Shown here one piece after another: positions 33,298 through 43,741 of a DNA stretch of 64,000 bases. The notes beneath the pieces are model-generated. The model had not been told where the DNA came from. It saw only the letters and a list, made by a program, of their open reading frames with translations, and made no database searches. The position numbers and the translations under genes are program-made. The stretch is from Spirochaetia bacterium (GTDB lineage: Bacteria; Spirochaetota; Spirochaetia; SZUA-6; Bin103): the NCBI GenBank assembly GCA_965198005.1, contig CBDAOI010000004.1, forward strand, positions 1,920,001 to 1,984,000, given 5' to 3'. Every line of letters starts with the position of its first letter. Position 1 is the first letter of the stretch.

Positions 33298-35003
33298 GCG
33301 AAGTCGGACCTCCAGACCAGCGCCGCCGCCCGCGCCAGTCGCCGCTGGCGCTGCGCCACCAGCTCCGGCGTCCACTGTTCGGGCGCCAGCTCCGGAAGCT
33401 CGCGCGTGAGGGCGTACGTACTGCGGCCGTACGCGGCGAGCTTGGCGCCGTAGGACGAGTTGGCCACGGCCCGATTGGCGGATGCTTCCAGCAGCGTCAG
33501 GTTGCCGAGGCGATACGCGTCGCTGTCCCACAGTTCGGGCGCATAGGTCTCGGTCCAGCTCTCGCCAGGGTGTTCGGGCAGCACGTGCTCGATGGTGCCG
33601 GGGTCAGTGTCCGGATCGCAGGCGCGGCCGGCGACCTGGTGCTCGAGCCGTGCGAGAATGTACTTCACCAGCTTTCTGCGACGTCCTTTCGGGTCGAGTT
33701 CGAGCATGGAAAAGTCCTGCCGCATCTTCTCGTCGGCCACGTACACCGGTTTGAGGTACTCGAACACCGCCGCCGGGGTGGCCGCGGCGCCATCCGTCAC
33801 CGCTTTGGCGGCTCGATGGTAGACCGATTCCAGTGCGTTGGGATTGAGACCGCTCACGATGCCATACCGGAACGAGACCGCACTGACGAGCTTCAACACA
33901 CGAATGAAGTCGTCCCTGCTGAATTCCTCCCAGGCTGCGAACAGGAGCGGTATCGGCTGCCGCACGCGAAACAGACTCAGCTCGCTCACGTGCAGCTTGG
34001 CCCGCGGCAGCTCCACCCAGTAGCCGTGGTTCGGGTCGAGCACCGCAGCGAACAGCTCGGCCCTGCCTTCCAGCTCTTCAAGCAGAGCGAATACTTCGGC
34101 CGCCGTACGGGTTCGGTCACGCACCAGCTTGAACAGCCGCTGGGCACGGATCTTCGGCTCCCGGCAGAGCAGGTGGAAGCGGAGGAACTCCGGGAATCCA
34201 CCCTGGCCCACGGTCTCGACCAGTGATCGCCAGCGGCGCCGGAGGACGTCGAGGTCGGACGGGACGGATACGCGCGAGAACAGGTAGTTCTTGAGCAAGT
34301 CGGTGGTCGTCAGTTCGAGACCCCGCGCGTTGAGCGTCTCGAACACCGTGTACGCGTTCAACTCGTCGTCTACCGTGATCAGGATGAAGAGGAGCTGGCG
34401 GGCCACGGTCTCGGACAGCAGACCCGCCAGGGCACGCCCGTCGTTGCGTATTTCGCTCAGGCTTGGGAGCCGCGCGACGAAGTACTCGTAGCACTCCAGC
34501 AGCAACCGGTTCGAGTTCGGCAGCTTGCGGCGGTTGAGCGGACTCCTGAGCTGGATCAGATAATCCTGGTAGAAGGCGTTGTCCGTTTCATTCAGATGCA
34601 GCCGGCTGCTCTCCACCAGCGAGGCCGGGTCCTTTTCCCCGATGAAGCGTTTGCGCAGTTCCCGGCCGCGCTCCTGGTTGTCGCTGGCTTCGATGCCGTT
34701 TTCCGCCAGCCCGCCCAACCGGTGAATCACGGCGAGGGCGAGCAGGCTCAGAGTGGCGAGGCGCTGCTGGCCGTCGATGATCAGAAACTCGCGGTCGCTG
34801 GTGCCTTCGACGACCAGCGCACCGAGGTAGTGAGTCAATTCCGTATCCGAACGCAGGTAGACGACGTCGTTCCAGAGATCTTCCCACTGTTCCTCCGACC
34901 ACGAATAGTCGCGCTGGTAGGGCGGCACCCGGTATTGCTTGCCGTTGCCGATCAGCTCGAGGTAGTTGATGGTCCGCGTATTCAAGAGATTGGACTTGGC
35001 CAT
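33294..35003 (-). CDS. DUF262-DUF1524 (GmrSD-like) nuclease
   Basis: VPPYQRDYSW, IIDGQQRL, FETLNARG, IEHVLPE, LGNLTLLE..N. Confidence 0.9.
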   Translation of the reverse strand: MAKSNLLNTRTINYLELIGNGKQYRVPPYQRDYSWSEEQWEDLWNDVVYLRSDTELTHYLGALVVEGTSDREFLIIDGQQRLATLSLLALAVIHRLGGLAENGIEASDNQERGRELRKRFIGEKDPASLVESSRLHLNETDNAFYQDYLIQLRSPLNRRKLPNSNRLLLECYEYFVARLPSLSEIRNDGRALAGLLSETVARQLLFILITVDDELNAYTVFETLNARGLELTTTDLLKNYLFSRVSVPSDLDVLRRRWRSLVETVGQGGFPEFLRFHLLCREPKIRAQRLFKLVRDRTRTAAEVFALLEELEGRAELFAAVLDPNHGYWVELPRAKLHVSELSLFRVRQPIPLLFAAWEEFSRDDFIRVLKLVSAVSFRYGIVSGLNPNALESVYHRAAKAVTDGAAATPAAVFEYLKPVYVADEKMRQDFSMLELDPKGRRRKLVKYILARLEHQVAGRACDPDTDPGTIEHVLPEHPGESWTETYAPELWDSDAYRLGNLTLLEASANRAVANSSYGAKLAAYGRSTYALTRELPELAPEQWTPELVAQRQRRLARAAALVWRSDFA

Positions 35004-35178
35004 GTGACCGCCGCCTGGCCCGCAACCTCGCTGCCGGATCGCGAGCAAGCCCGTCCGCCATACTGACGCCTCGGAGCTCCGTTGATCAATACCACCATCC
35101 TCCTCAAATCCTCCTCACGCCGACGATCCGGAGGACGTGGCGGCGCTGGCCCTCCTGGGGCTGCAACTGAGCTGGCCA

Positions 35179-36360
35179 TCAGCCGTGTTCCGCTCCTTCG
35201 AACAGACCCTGCTTCCAAAGCTCGCCAGGACGATCGCCCCGGTCGATCAACCGGCGCAGCAGGTCACGATCAGCAGCGCGCCGCACGGTGGCGAACCCAT
35301 TGCTCTTTTCCAGCCAGTAGATCTCTTCGAGACTCGCACCGTTCATGAACTCAGGCGAATGAGTGGACACGAACACCTGGCCGCCACGACGCGCATAGTC
35401 GCGAAACTCTTCCACCAGTTCACTCAGCAATCGTGGATAGAGCTGATTCTCCGGCTCCTCCACTGCCAGTACGGGATGCGGCTTCGGGTCGTGCAGCAGG
35501 ACCAGGTACGCGAACATCTTTATGGTGCCGTCAGACACGTAGCGGGCAATGAACGGATCCTGGAAGCTCCCGTCCTGGAACCGTAGCACAAGCCGTCCAT
35601 CTTCGGTAGCTTTGGCTTCTACTCGGGTGACTCCCGGTACCCGTTGGCCCATCACGTCCAGGATACGCTGAAATCGATCCGGATGCTGTTCAAACAGGTA
35701 TGCCGCGGCCTGGGCGACGTCGTCGCCGCGTGCCGACAGATGTTCCGAGAGTCCCGCGTCGCTGCTCTGACGGGCAGAGCTGATCTGAAAGTCGGAAATG
35801 TGCCAGTGCTCCAACAGCCCGCGGAACTCGGATACGACCGGAAACTCACGGAACTGACCGAGACCCTTGATCGCCAAGGTGCTCGGATCATCGAGGACGC
35901 GCTCCTCCCGCTCCTCCGTGGCACCCTCCTGACCGTAAGCGGCTTCATTGGTTATGGCGGTACCTCGGCCCCTGGAGAAATCAAGGAAGTGCCAAGGACG
36001 ACCAGCCCTACCATGTCTGCGTGTGTAGCGCAGGATTTCCCGACCGACGATCGGCCGTCCGTTACGGTTGGCTATCTCCAGCAGATAGGTCGCCAGGCGG
36101 CCGCCGCTTTCTCGAAATTTTATAGTGATCCCAACAGGTCCGGCCTCACCGCGACTGATCAGCTCTCGCAGGCCGCCGCGTCGTGCCACAGCCTGGGATA
36201 CGTTTTCCGTCAGACATTCCTTGAGAAAACTCAGCGCGTCGAAGAAGGTCGACTTGCCAGATCCGTTAGCACCAACGATAACGGTGAACGGTGGCAGCTT
36301 GTTCCATTTGGCGCGACGAAACAGCCGATAATTGCGCAATTCAAGATACTCGATTCGCAT
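35179..36360 (-). CDS. ABC/AAA_21-type ATPase (defence-associated)
   Basis: GANGSGKS, SDGTIK, VEEPENQLYP, STHSP. Confidence 0.88.
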   Translation of the reverse strand: MRIEYLELRNYRLFRRAKWNKLPPFTVIVGANGSGKSTFFDALSFLKECLTENVSQAVARRGGLRELISRGEAGPVGITIKFRESGGRLATYLLEIANRNGRPIVGREILRYTRRHGRAGRPWHFLDFSRGRGTAITNEAAYGQEGATEEREERVLDDPSTLAIKGLGQFREFPVVSEFRGLLEHWHISDFQISSARQSSDAGLSEHLSARGDDVAQAAAYLFEQHPDRFQRILDVMGQRVPGVTRVEAKATEDGRLVLRFQDGSFQDPFIARYVSDGTIKMFAYLVLLHDPKPHPVLAVEEPENQLYPRLLSELVEEFRDYARRGGQVFVSTHSPEFMNGASLEEIYWLEKSNGFATVRRAADRDLLRRLIDRGDRPGELWKQGLFEGAEHG

Positions 36361-36490
36361 ACGTATTCCTCAATCACTTTCCGTAGCTCGCGGCGCGACA
36401 CCTGCATTCCGGCGCCGGCCGTCCCGCTGCGGTGGGCCCGTGTTGCGCAAGCTGTTCCGCATGGTTCCGGAGTGTAGCACGGCGGCATGC

Positions 36491-38200
36491 TCAGGGCGTG
36501 GGCCGAAGCTGATTGCGACGCTGGCGGGTGGCGGCGGCATCCACGGCGCCGGTGGCCGGGTCGATCACGACGCCGTACTGGGCCACCGCGGCCGCGGGCG
36601 AGACGTAGCCTTGGCGGACGTCCTCGGCCACCGCCTCGACGGCTCGCTCGACCGGAGGGTAGTAGCCGCCGCCGCCCGGCAGCCGCAGGGTGACCCGCTC
36701 GCCCGGCTGCAGGGTGTAGCGCCGTTTGGGGTGTAGCGCGGAGCCGTCGCCGGCGGTCAAGGCGCCGACCGCGCCCGGGCCGCCGCCCGCGAAGCCGCGC
36801 GCCGCGAATCGGGTGCGGTCATACATCGGCGAGTGCAGCGCCGGGTGGCCGGTCACCACTTCCAGCTCCATCTCCTGGCCCAGGCCGCCGCGCAAGCGGC
36901 CGGCGCCGCCGGAGTCGGTGCGCAGCGCCCGCCGGTGCATCAGGATCGGCGCCACCGCCTCGATCACCTCCGCCGGCACCCCGGTGATGCCGCTCGGGAA
37001 GGCGGTGGCCGACAGGCCGTCACGGTGCGCGCGCGCGCCCATGCCGCCGGCGGAGAAGAAGGTGTAGGCGAACACCTCGCCGCGATCACCGACCTTGCCT
37101 TCCAGCATCGTGATCCACAGGCCGGCGGAGCCGTCCGCGATCACCCGCTCCGGGATCGCCTGCCCCAGCGCCCCCAGGATCGGCTGCGACACGAAGTGGC
37201 CGATCAGGTGGCGCGCGCCCACCGCCGCCGGCCGCCGGCAGTTGAGGATCGAGCCCTCGGGCGCGGTGATGGTGAGCGGCCGGAACGCCCCGGCGTTGCT
37301 GGGAATGGCCGGCGCCACGGCGGCCATGATGGTGTAGGTGGAGTAGGCCTGGGTGTAGTTGAGCACCACGTTGATCCCGCGCTCCACCTGCGGCGAGCTG
37401 CCGGCGTAGTCGACCGTGATGGTGTCGCCGGCAACGGTCAGCGCGCACCGGATCGCCAGCGGCTCGTCGAACCCGTCGATCGCCACGGTGCTGCGGTAGA
37501 CGCCGTCCGGAATCTCCCGGACCGCCGCCCGCACCGCGTCTTCGGTGCGCTGCAGGATCAGCGGCGCCACCCCCTCCAGGTCGGGCAGGCGGTACTCTTC
37601 GAGCATCTCGGTGAGCTTGCGCGCCCCCACCACGTTGCCCGCCTGCTGGGCGTAGAGATCGCCGATCACCAGGTCCGGCACGCGCACGTTGGCGCGGATG
37701 ATCTCCAGCAGGTCGCGGTTGGGCTCGCCCCCACGAAACAGCTTCATCAACGGGACCGCCAACCCCTCCTCGAACAGCTCACGGGCGTCGGCGCCCATGG
37801 TCAGGCCGCCGACGTCGGTCGCGTGGCAGGTGCTGGCGAACCAGGCCACGCCGCGGCCGCGGTAGAACACGGGAGTGACCACGGTGAAGTCGAACAGGTG
37901 TCCCGAGGCCGCCCACGGATCGTTGGTGATCAGCGTGTCGCCGGGCTCCAGCGTCGCGATCGGGTGGCGCGGCACCACGTGGTCATGCACGCAGTTGGCC
38001 ATGGTGTTGATGTGGCCGGGGGTGCCGGTCACCGCCTGCGCCAGCATGCGGCCGGTCGCGTCGAACACGCCGGCGGAGAGGTCTCCCGCCTCCCGGACCA
38101 CGGTGGTGAACGAGGCGTGCATCAGCGCCGCGGCCTGCTCGTCGACGATCGAGATCAGCCGGTTGCGCAGCACCTCCAGCAGGATCGGATCGAGCGTCAC
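36491..38200 (-). CDS. Hydantoinase B / oxoprolinase family protein
   Basis: LDPILLEVLRNRL, TNDPWAASGH, HATDVGG, PGGGGY. Confidence 0.92.
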   Translation of the reverse strand: MTLDPILLEVLRNRLISIVDEQAAALMHASFTTVVREAGDLSAGVFDATGRMLAQAVTGTPGHINTMANCVHDHVVPRHPIATLEPGDTLITNDPWAASGHLFDFTVVTPVFYRGRGVAWFASTCHATDVGGLTMGADARELFEEGLAVPLMKLFRGGEPNRDLLEIIRANVRVPDLVIGDLYAQQAGNVVGARKLTEMLEEYRLPDLEGVAPLILQRTEDAVRAAVREIPDGVYRSTVAIDGFDEPLAIRCALTVAGDTITVDYAGSSPQVERGINVVLNYTQAYSTYTIMAAVAPAIPSNAGAFRPLTITAPEGSILNCRRPAAVGARHLIGHFVSQPILGALGQAIPERVIADGSAGLWITMLEGKVGDRGEVFAYTFFSAGGMGARAHRDGLSATAFPSGITGVPAEVIEAVAPILMHRRALRTDSGGAGRLRGGLGQEMELEVVTGHPALHSPMYDRTRFAARGFAGGGPGAVGALTAGDGSALHPKRRYTLQPGERVTLRLPGGGGYYPPVERAVEAVAEDVRQGYVSPAAAVAQYGVVIDPATGAVDAAATRQRRNQLRPTP

Positions 38201-40298
38201 GGCGCGCCGCCCGCTCTCAGGATCAGGCAGCCGTTGGCGTGCACGCGGACCCGCCAGTCGGGCGGCACCACGGTCGTGCACTCCGCCTCCTCGATGATCG
38301 CCGGTCCCGCGCCGGCGAACTCCGCCGCCAGCCCCGCGCGCCGGTACACCGGCGTGTCGACTGCCCCGTGCGCGGGGTCGAACAGCACCGGCCGCCGGCC
38401 CACCGGTCGTGCCTGCCGCTCCCCCGGAGCCGCGGGCGGCGGCAGGTGCCGCAGGTCGAGCGCGGGGCCGGCGACCACCACCCGCCAGTTCACCGCCTCC
38501 AGCGGCACGCCGTCGCTGAGGCGGCCGTAGAACCGGACGTAGGCTTCCTCGAAGCTCCGGCGGATGCTGTCTACCAGCGCGCGGTCGACCGGCCCGGGCG
38601 GCACCTGCACGCGGATCTCGTAGCCCTGACCGACGTAGCGCAGGTCGGCCGTGCGCTCGACCGTGATTGCCGCCTCCGCCACGCCGGCGGCGCGCACCGT
38701 GCTGCGCCCTTCTCGTTCCAGTTCGTCCAGCAGCGCCCCGAGCCGGTCGCACGCGAGCCGATCGAGGCGCACCAGGTAGCTGCGGGTCAGGTCGAACGCG
38801 ATCGGTGCCCGCAGCAGCCCGAATGCCGACCCGACCCCCGCCAGCGGCGGCACCACCACCGCGCCGATGCGCAGCCGCCGCGCCACGCCGCAGGCGTGCA
38901 CCGGCCCCGCGCCGCCGGTGGCGACCATGGCGTAGCCGCGCAGGTCCAGGCCGCGCTCGGCGGCATGCACCCGCGCCGCCGCGGCCATGTTCTCGTCCAC
39001 CAGCTCGCGGATCCCCCAGGCCGCGCGCCGCGCGTCGACTCCCAGCCGCCGGGCCAGGTCGCGGTAGGCGGCGGCCGCGGCCGCCCGGTCCAGGGTCATG
39101 CTGCCGCCGGCGAACCACTGCGGGTCCAGGTAGCCGAGCAGCAGGTCGGCGTCGGTCACCGTGGGCTGCTCGCCCCCCAGCCGGTAGCAGGCCGGTCCCG
39201 GATCCGAGCCGGCGCTCAGCGGCCCCACCGCCGGCAGCCCCAGCTCGCCGATGCGGGCGATGCTGCCGCCGCCGGCGCCGATCTCGATCATGCGCAGCAT
39301 GGGCACCAGCAGCGGCAGGCCGCTGCCGCGCTTGAACCGATGCGCCGGGGCGACCTCCGACTCGGCGGCGACCGCGAATTCGCCGCGTTCGGTGAGCAGC
39401 GCCTTGGCCGTGGTGCCCCCCATGTCGAACGCCAGCAACTCGCGGTAGCCGCTGCGCGCGCCCCAGTAGCCGCCGCCAGCGCGCCGCCGGCCGGCCCCGA
39501 CTCCACCAGGCGCACCGGGAAGGCGGCCGCGGTCGCCACGGTGCCAGTGCCGCCGTTGGACAGCATGACGTGCAGCGGCCCGGCGATCCCGGCTGCCCGG
39601 AGCCCGGATTCCAGGCCGTGCAGGTACCGCCGCGCCAGCGGCTGGACGTAGGCGTTGGCCGCCGCGGTGGAGGCGCGCTGGTACTCGCGCATCGCCGGCG
39701 CCACCTGGTGCGACAGGGTCACCGGCAGCCGTGGCAGCCGCTCCCCGAGCAGGCGCTCGGTAACGCGCTCGTGCTCCGGGTTGGCGTAGGCGTGCAGATA
39801 GCACACCGCCACCGCCTCGATCCCCTCGGCCTGCAGGGTGGCGCACAGCGTGCGGACCGCGGCCTCGTCCAGCGGCCGCAACACCGCCCCCGCGGCGCTC
39901 ATCCGCTCCGGCACCTCCAGGCGCAGGCGCCGTTCCACCAGCGGCTGCGGCTTGATCAGCCCCAGGTCGTAGATGTCGTAGCGCCCCTCGGTACCGATCT
40001 CCAGCGCGTCCTTGAAACCGGCGGTGGTGAGCAGGGCGGTGCGGGCGCCGCGCCGCTCGATCAGGGCGTTGGTTACCAGCGTGGTACCGTGGATGACCCG
40101 CTCGACCGCGGCGGGATCGAGCTCGCGCGCGGCCAGCAGCGTGCGGATACCGGCCAGCACCCCGGCGCTCGGATCGGGCACCGTGGTGAGCACCTTGGCC
40201 ACGTGCAGCGTCCCCGCGCTCCGGTCCAGCACGACCAGATCGGTAAACGTGCCGCCGATGTCAACCGCAACCAGCACACGGATCCTCCGGAATGACAC
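38197..40298 (-). pseudogene. Hydantoinase A / oxoprolinase family, single frameshift at ~39470 (may be a sequence error)
   Basis: DIGGTFTD..ESGPAGG in one frame; FDMGGTTAK..IGAGGGS in the next. Confidence 0.88.
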
Positions 40299-40357
40299 AC
40301 CAGCCCGCGCCCCACACCGGCACGTTGCTGTTGTTGGGACGGTCCCGTCCGTGTATG

Positions 40358-40594
40358 TCAAGGCACAAACGACTGACCGCTCACCCGCTCGCGAAGGGCC
40401 GCGTTGATCAGTGATTGATAGCCAACCTTCCGAATCCCGGCGAGCTTCCGAAAATACAGCACAATGTCGTCGTCCAGGCGGATCGTCACTGATACCTTCT
40501 TCGGCGAGTAGAAGCGCCCTCGGATCGCCTCCTTGCCGGAAAAGTCATACTCCTCGGGCAGTTCGTAATCGTCCCGATCAACTCGTTTCTTCAT
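40358..40594 (-). CDS. brnA: BrnA-like antitoxin
   Basis: EYDFS, VTIRLDDDIVLYFR, GYQSLINAALR. Confidence 0.85.
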   Translation of the reverse strand: MKKRVDRDDYELPEEYDFSGKEAIRGRFYSPKKVSVTIRLDDDIVLYFRKLAGIRKVGYQSLINAALRERVSGQSFVP

Positions 40595-40865
40595 ATTCCT
40601 GTCGCTCCCCCTGGGTGGCTCGGCGAGCGGAGATCAGCCGTACCACGCCCTCGCCCCGTTCGTCGAAAAACAGATTGGCCACCGTAAGCGTAACACCGGT
40701 GCTGCTTTGCCCGACGGTCACCCAACGTTCTTCGAACACAGAGAAGCGCTCGTCCAGCCAACTAATATGCAGGGGGTCCGCAAACACCTCCGCTGCCTCC
40801 TCGAATGACACGCCGTGCTTGCGCCGGTTCGACCGATCCTTTCGTTCGTCCCACTCGAAGCGCAC
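40578..40865 (-). CDS. brnT: BrnT-like toxin
   Basis: FEWDERKDRSNRRKHGVSFEEA, EERW, RLISARRAT. Confidence 0.9.
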   Translation of the reverse strand: MRFEWDERKDRSNRRKHGVSFEEAAEVFADPLHISWLDERFSVFEERWVTVGQSSTGVTLTVANLFFDERGEGVVRLISARRATQGERQEYEETS

Positions 40866-41083
40866 GCCAATACGAGGGTACCACGGTCGTAGTTACGATG
40901 TCAATACACGACGGGTGAGGAGCGGTGAGGAGCACGCCTTCCATTAGGGACGATCTGTTCTGCCACGATCTCTTCTTTCAGATAGGTGAGGGCATAGCCG
41001 CGCAGATACGCCACTGGGCGAACAGGTCGCCTTCGATCACGTCCTGGAACAGAAACTCAGCACCGCGGAGCCGATCCGAAAAG

Positions 41084-41428
41084 TGGAGGTGGCGGGAATC
41101 GAACCCGCGTCCTGAGAGGTGCACCTGCGGCGTCTACAGGTTTAGCCGGCTGTTGTTTGCTTGGCGACGCCTTGGTGAGCCGACCAACCGGCGCCGGTGC
41201 AGCCCGCTGTTTGAGTTTCCCGCCGCACCCGCGAGCCGATGTGGCGGTGAGTTCTGAATTGCGTCGGGGTTGCTCGTCGCTCAGGACCGCACTTCAAGTC
41301 CCCGTGGCTACGTTATCAGGCAGCCAGTGCTAGATCTGTTTCGGCAGATCAAAAGTTCCAGGTTAAGGAGACTGGGCTCCACCTGCAGCCGCAAACATCA
41401 ATCTCTCAGTCGAAGCCAGGTCACCCCC
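41084..41428 (-). ncRNA. ssrA: tmRNA; predicted tag (A)AETDLALAA at 41316-41345
   Basis: 5' GGGGGTGACCTGGCTTCGAC; 3' GCGGGTTCGATTCCCGCCACCTCCA; adjacent to smpB. Confidence 0.93.
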
Positions 41429-41461
41429 AATTACAGTATCGGACGGCGCACTCACCGCCGC

Positions 41462-41962
41462 TCACAACCGACGCTGACCGGCGCGTACCTGACGTTCCAG
41501 GTCGCGCTCGGTGTCGCGCCGCTTGATGTCTTCCCGTTTGTCGAAGGTCTTCTTGCCGCGGCACACGCCCAGCTCGACCTTGACCAACCCGCGCTTAAGA
41601 TAAAACCGAAGCGGGATCAGCGTCAAGCCCCGCTCCGCCACTTTCTTGCCCAAGCGTCGCGTTTCGTCCCGATGGGCCAGCAGTTTTCGCGGGCGCGTCG
41701 GATCGTGGTTGAACCGGTTGCCGAAGGCGTAGGGGGTGACGTGCAGGCCGATCAGGGTCAACTCGCCGCCGGCGACCTTGGCGTAGGCATCGACGAACGA
41801 GAACTGCCCGCCCTTGAGCGACTTGACCTCCGTGCCGCGCAACGCGATCCCACACTCAAGTCGGTCCTCGACGTGGTAGAGATGGCGCGCGCGCCGGTTG
41901 GTGGCCAGCACGCTGGCGGCGCCGTCCGCGGGCCGCGGGCGGGCCGAGCGGTCGCGGCTCAC
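41462..41962 (-). CDS. smpB: SsrA-binding protein
   Basis: NRRARHLY, GIALRGTEVKS, RPRKLLAH, GKKTFDKR. Confidence 0.95.
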   Translation of the reverse strand: MSRDRSARPRPADGAASVLATNRRARHLYHVEDRLECGIALRGTEVKSLKGGQFSFVDAYAKVAGGELTLIGLHVTPYAFGNRFNHDPTRPRKLLAHRDETRRLGKKVAERGLTLIPLRFYLKRGLVKVELGVCRGKKTFDKREDIKRRDTERDLERQVRAGQRRL

Positions 41963-43629
41963 GGCTCTGCCAGCACCAGCCGGAACCCCAGCACCGGCGT
42001 GCACCAGTCGGCCGGCTGCGAGCCGCGCGTGTGCAGCTTGACCACCCGCGGGTCATTGGTGAACGAACCGCCGCGCACGACCCGCCGGCTCCCCACGCGG
42101 AATCTCGGGTCCGTCCGATAGTCGGTCACGAAGTCGCGCGCCAGCAGATAGCGGGCAGGGGAATACCAGTCGCCGGTCCACTCCCAGACGCTGCCCAGCA
42201 GGTCGCGGAGGCCGTAGCCGTTGGTGGGCGACCGCCCCACCGGCAGCAACCCCACGCCGGGAGCGGCCACGTGCGCCCCCTCGGACTGCGCACCGCGCGG
42301 GTACGGCTGCCCGACCAGCCCGCCGCGGGCGGCATACTCCCACTCCGGCTCGAACGGCAGCCGCGCCCGCAGCCGGCGTCCGGCCGCGGCCGGCGGCAGC
42401 CGCTCGCTGAGCCAGGCCGCGAACGCCTCCGCGGCCGGCGCCGAGACGTACACCACCGGCTCACGCTCGCGCCCGATGGGCGGGCGGCCGTCCACCCAGT
42501 CGGCCAGATAGTCTTCCGCCACCAGGCCGTCGACCACCAGCGCCGCGCGGTTGGCGACCGCCCAGGCGGGCACCGCGGCCACGAACCGGGCGTACGCCTC
42601 CTTGGTAACCTCGCGCTCCTGAATGTAGAAGCTCCCGACGGTAACCGGATGCGGCCACTCCTCGAACGGCTGTGCCGGCAGCACCGCGCCGCCGAACCGG
42701 GCCGCGTCGCCCATGACGTAGGTCCCTCCGGGAATCGAGTGGAATCTCAGCCCAACAACTTCGATCACCGCCCTGGCACTCGGCCCGGCTGCCGCCGGTT
42801 CGCCCTCGACGGTGTCCGGCGCCGCCGCGCGCGCCTGGCGCTCCACGAAGGCGGCAAAGGAAGCGGATTCCAGCAGCAGTCGGGTATCCGCCGCCGGCAG
42901 CAGCGCGCCGATCCAGAGCGGCCAGGTCGGATACTCGGCCGCTCCCCGGGCAAGCTGTCGGACCGCCTGCTGCAGGGCGAGTGGCGACACCGGGCCGCCC
43001 ACGGCGGCGAAGCGTACCTGCGCGCCGAACAGGGCCGCCACCCCGGCGCTGTCCTCTACTAGATAGAGGGCATTGTGCAGGAAGCGCTGCGCCGCCTCGG
43101 GTTGCGGTGGCGGCCCCGCCAGATCGTCGGCGGCCTCGGTGATGATGCGCACGAGCCGCGGGCTGCGCGCCAGTTCCAGCAGGGCGGCATCCACCGCGGC
43201 CTCGGGATCGCCGAGCTGCAAGGACGCGTGAAAGGCGGCGCGGCGCGGCGCAATCAGGGACAGCAGCAGACGACCGCGTACTTCGAACACGGTCTCGTGG
43301 GCCTGGAACCAGGTCCTGGTCAGGGTCACGCGGCGCGTGCCGGCGGCAAGCCGGGTGGTGGCCGGCGTGTTCCCCACGAACCGGCCGTCGACCTCGACCC
43401 GCGCGCCGGCGGGGCTGGACGAAAAGGTGACCAAGGACCCGTTGAAGCGCAGCCCGGGGAGAACCAGAAGGAGAAACAGCACCAGCAGCAACCCGACGCC
43501 GTGGAGTACCGGCACCCAGGTTGCCGGGGGGATACCCGCCACAGGGCGCAGCTTGACCGTGGTTCGGTCCACGGTATCGCCCGGCCGCGAACCGGCGCGA
43601 GGGACGTGCCGGTTCCGTCGGTCCGCCAT
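41959..43629 (-). CDS. PEGA + formylglycine-generating enzyme (SUMF1)-domain membrane protein
   Basis: SSPAGARVEVDG..TP; EVT..Y, PVVYVS, EWEYAARGG, GSVWEW, GFRLV. Confidence 0.85.
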   Translation of the reverse strand: MADRRNRHVPRAGSRPGDTVDRTTVKLRPVAGIPPATWVPVLHGVGLLLVLFLLLVLPGLRFNGSLVTFSSSPAGARVEVDGRFVGNTPATTRLAAGTRRVTLTRTWFQAHETVFEVRGRLLLSLIAPRRAAFHASLQLGDPEAAVDAALLELARSPRLVRIITEAADDLAGPPPQPEAAQRFLHNALYLVEDSAGVAALFGAQVRFAAVGGPVSPLALQQAVRQLARGAAEYPTWPLWIGALLPAADTRLLLESASFAAFVERQARAAAPDTVEGEPAAAGPSARAVIEVVGLRFHSIPGGTYVMGDAARFGGAVLPAQPFEEWPHPVTVGSFYIQEREVTKEAYARFVAAVPAWAVANRAALVVDGLVAEDYLADWVDGRPPIGREREPVVYVSAPAAEAFAAWLSERLPPAAAGRRLRARLPFEPEWEYAARGGLVGQPYPRGAQSEGAHVAAPGVGLLPVGRSPTNGYGLRDLLGSVWEWTGDWYSPARYLLARDFVTDYRTDPRFRVGSRRVVRGGSFTNDPRVVKLHTRGSQPADWCTPVLGFRLVLAEP

Positions 43630-43741
43630 CGGCTCCAGTATACGGCCCCCGGCGCCGCGGGGGCCAGTCTGCGGCCGCCCGCGGGGCTGCCTTGCTCGCG
43701 CACCGGCGTTGCACTACCTTTCCGGGGTATAGGCTTCGCGG

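Noticed and set aside
39460-39480. Programmed frameshift in hydantoinase A
   Set aside because: No slippery sequence; a single-base loss in a GCC run or a sequencing error is the simpler explanation.
40944-41075. Minus-strand fragment AYLRGYALTYLKEEIVAEQIVP resembling AAA_14/DUF4143 ATPases
   Set aside because: Too short to assign with confidence; probably another remnant.
32474-41083. Genomic island integrated at the tmRNA 3' end
   Set aside because: The position is suggestive, but I found no duplicated tmRNA 3' end and no adjacent integrase.
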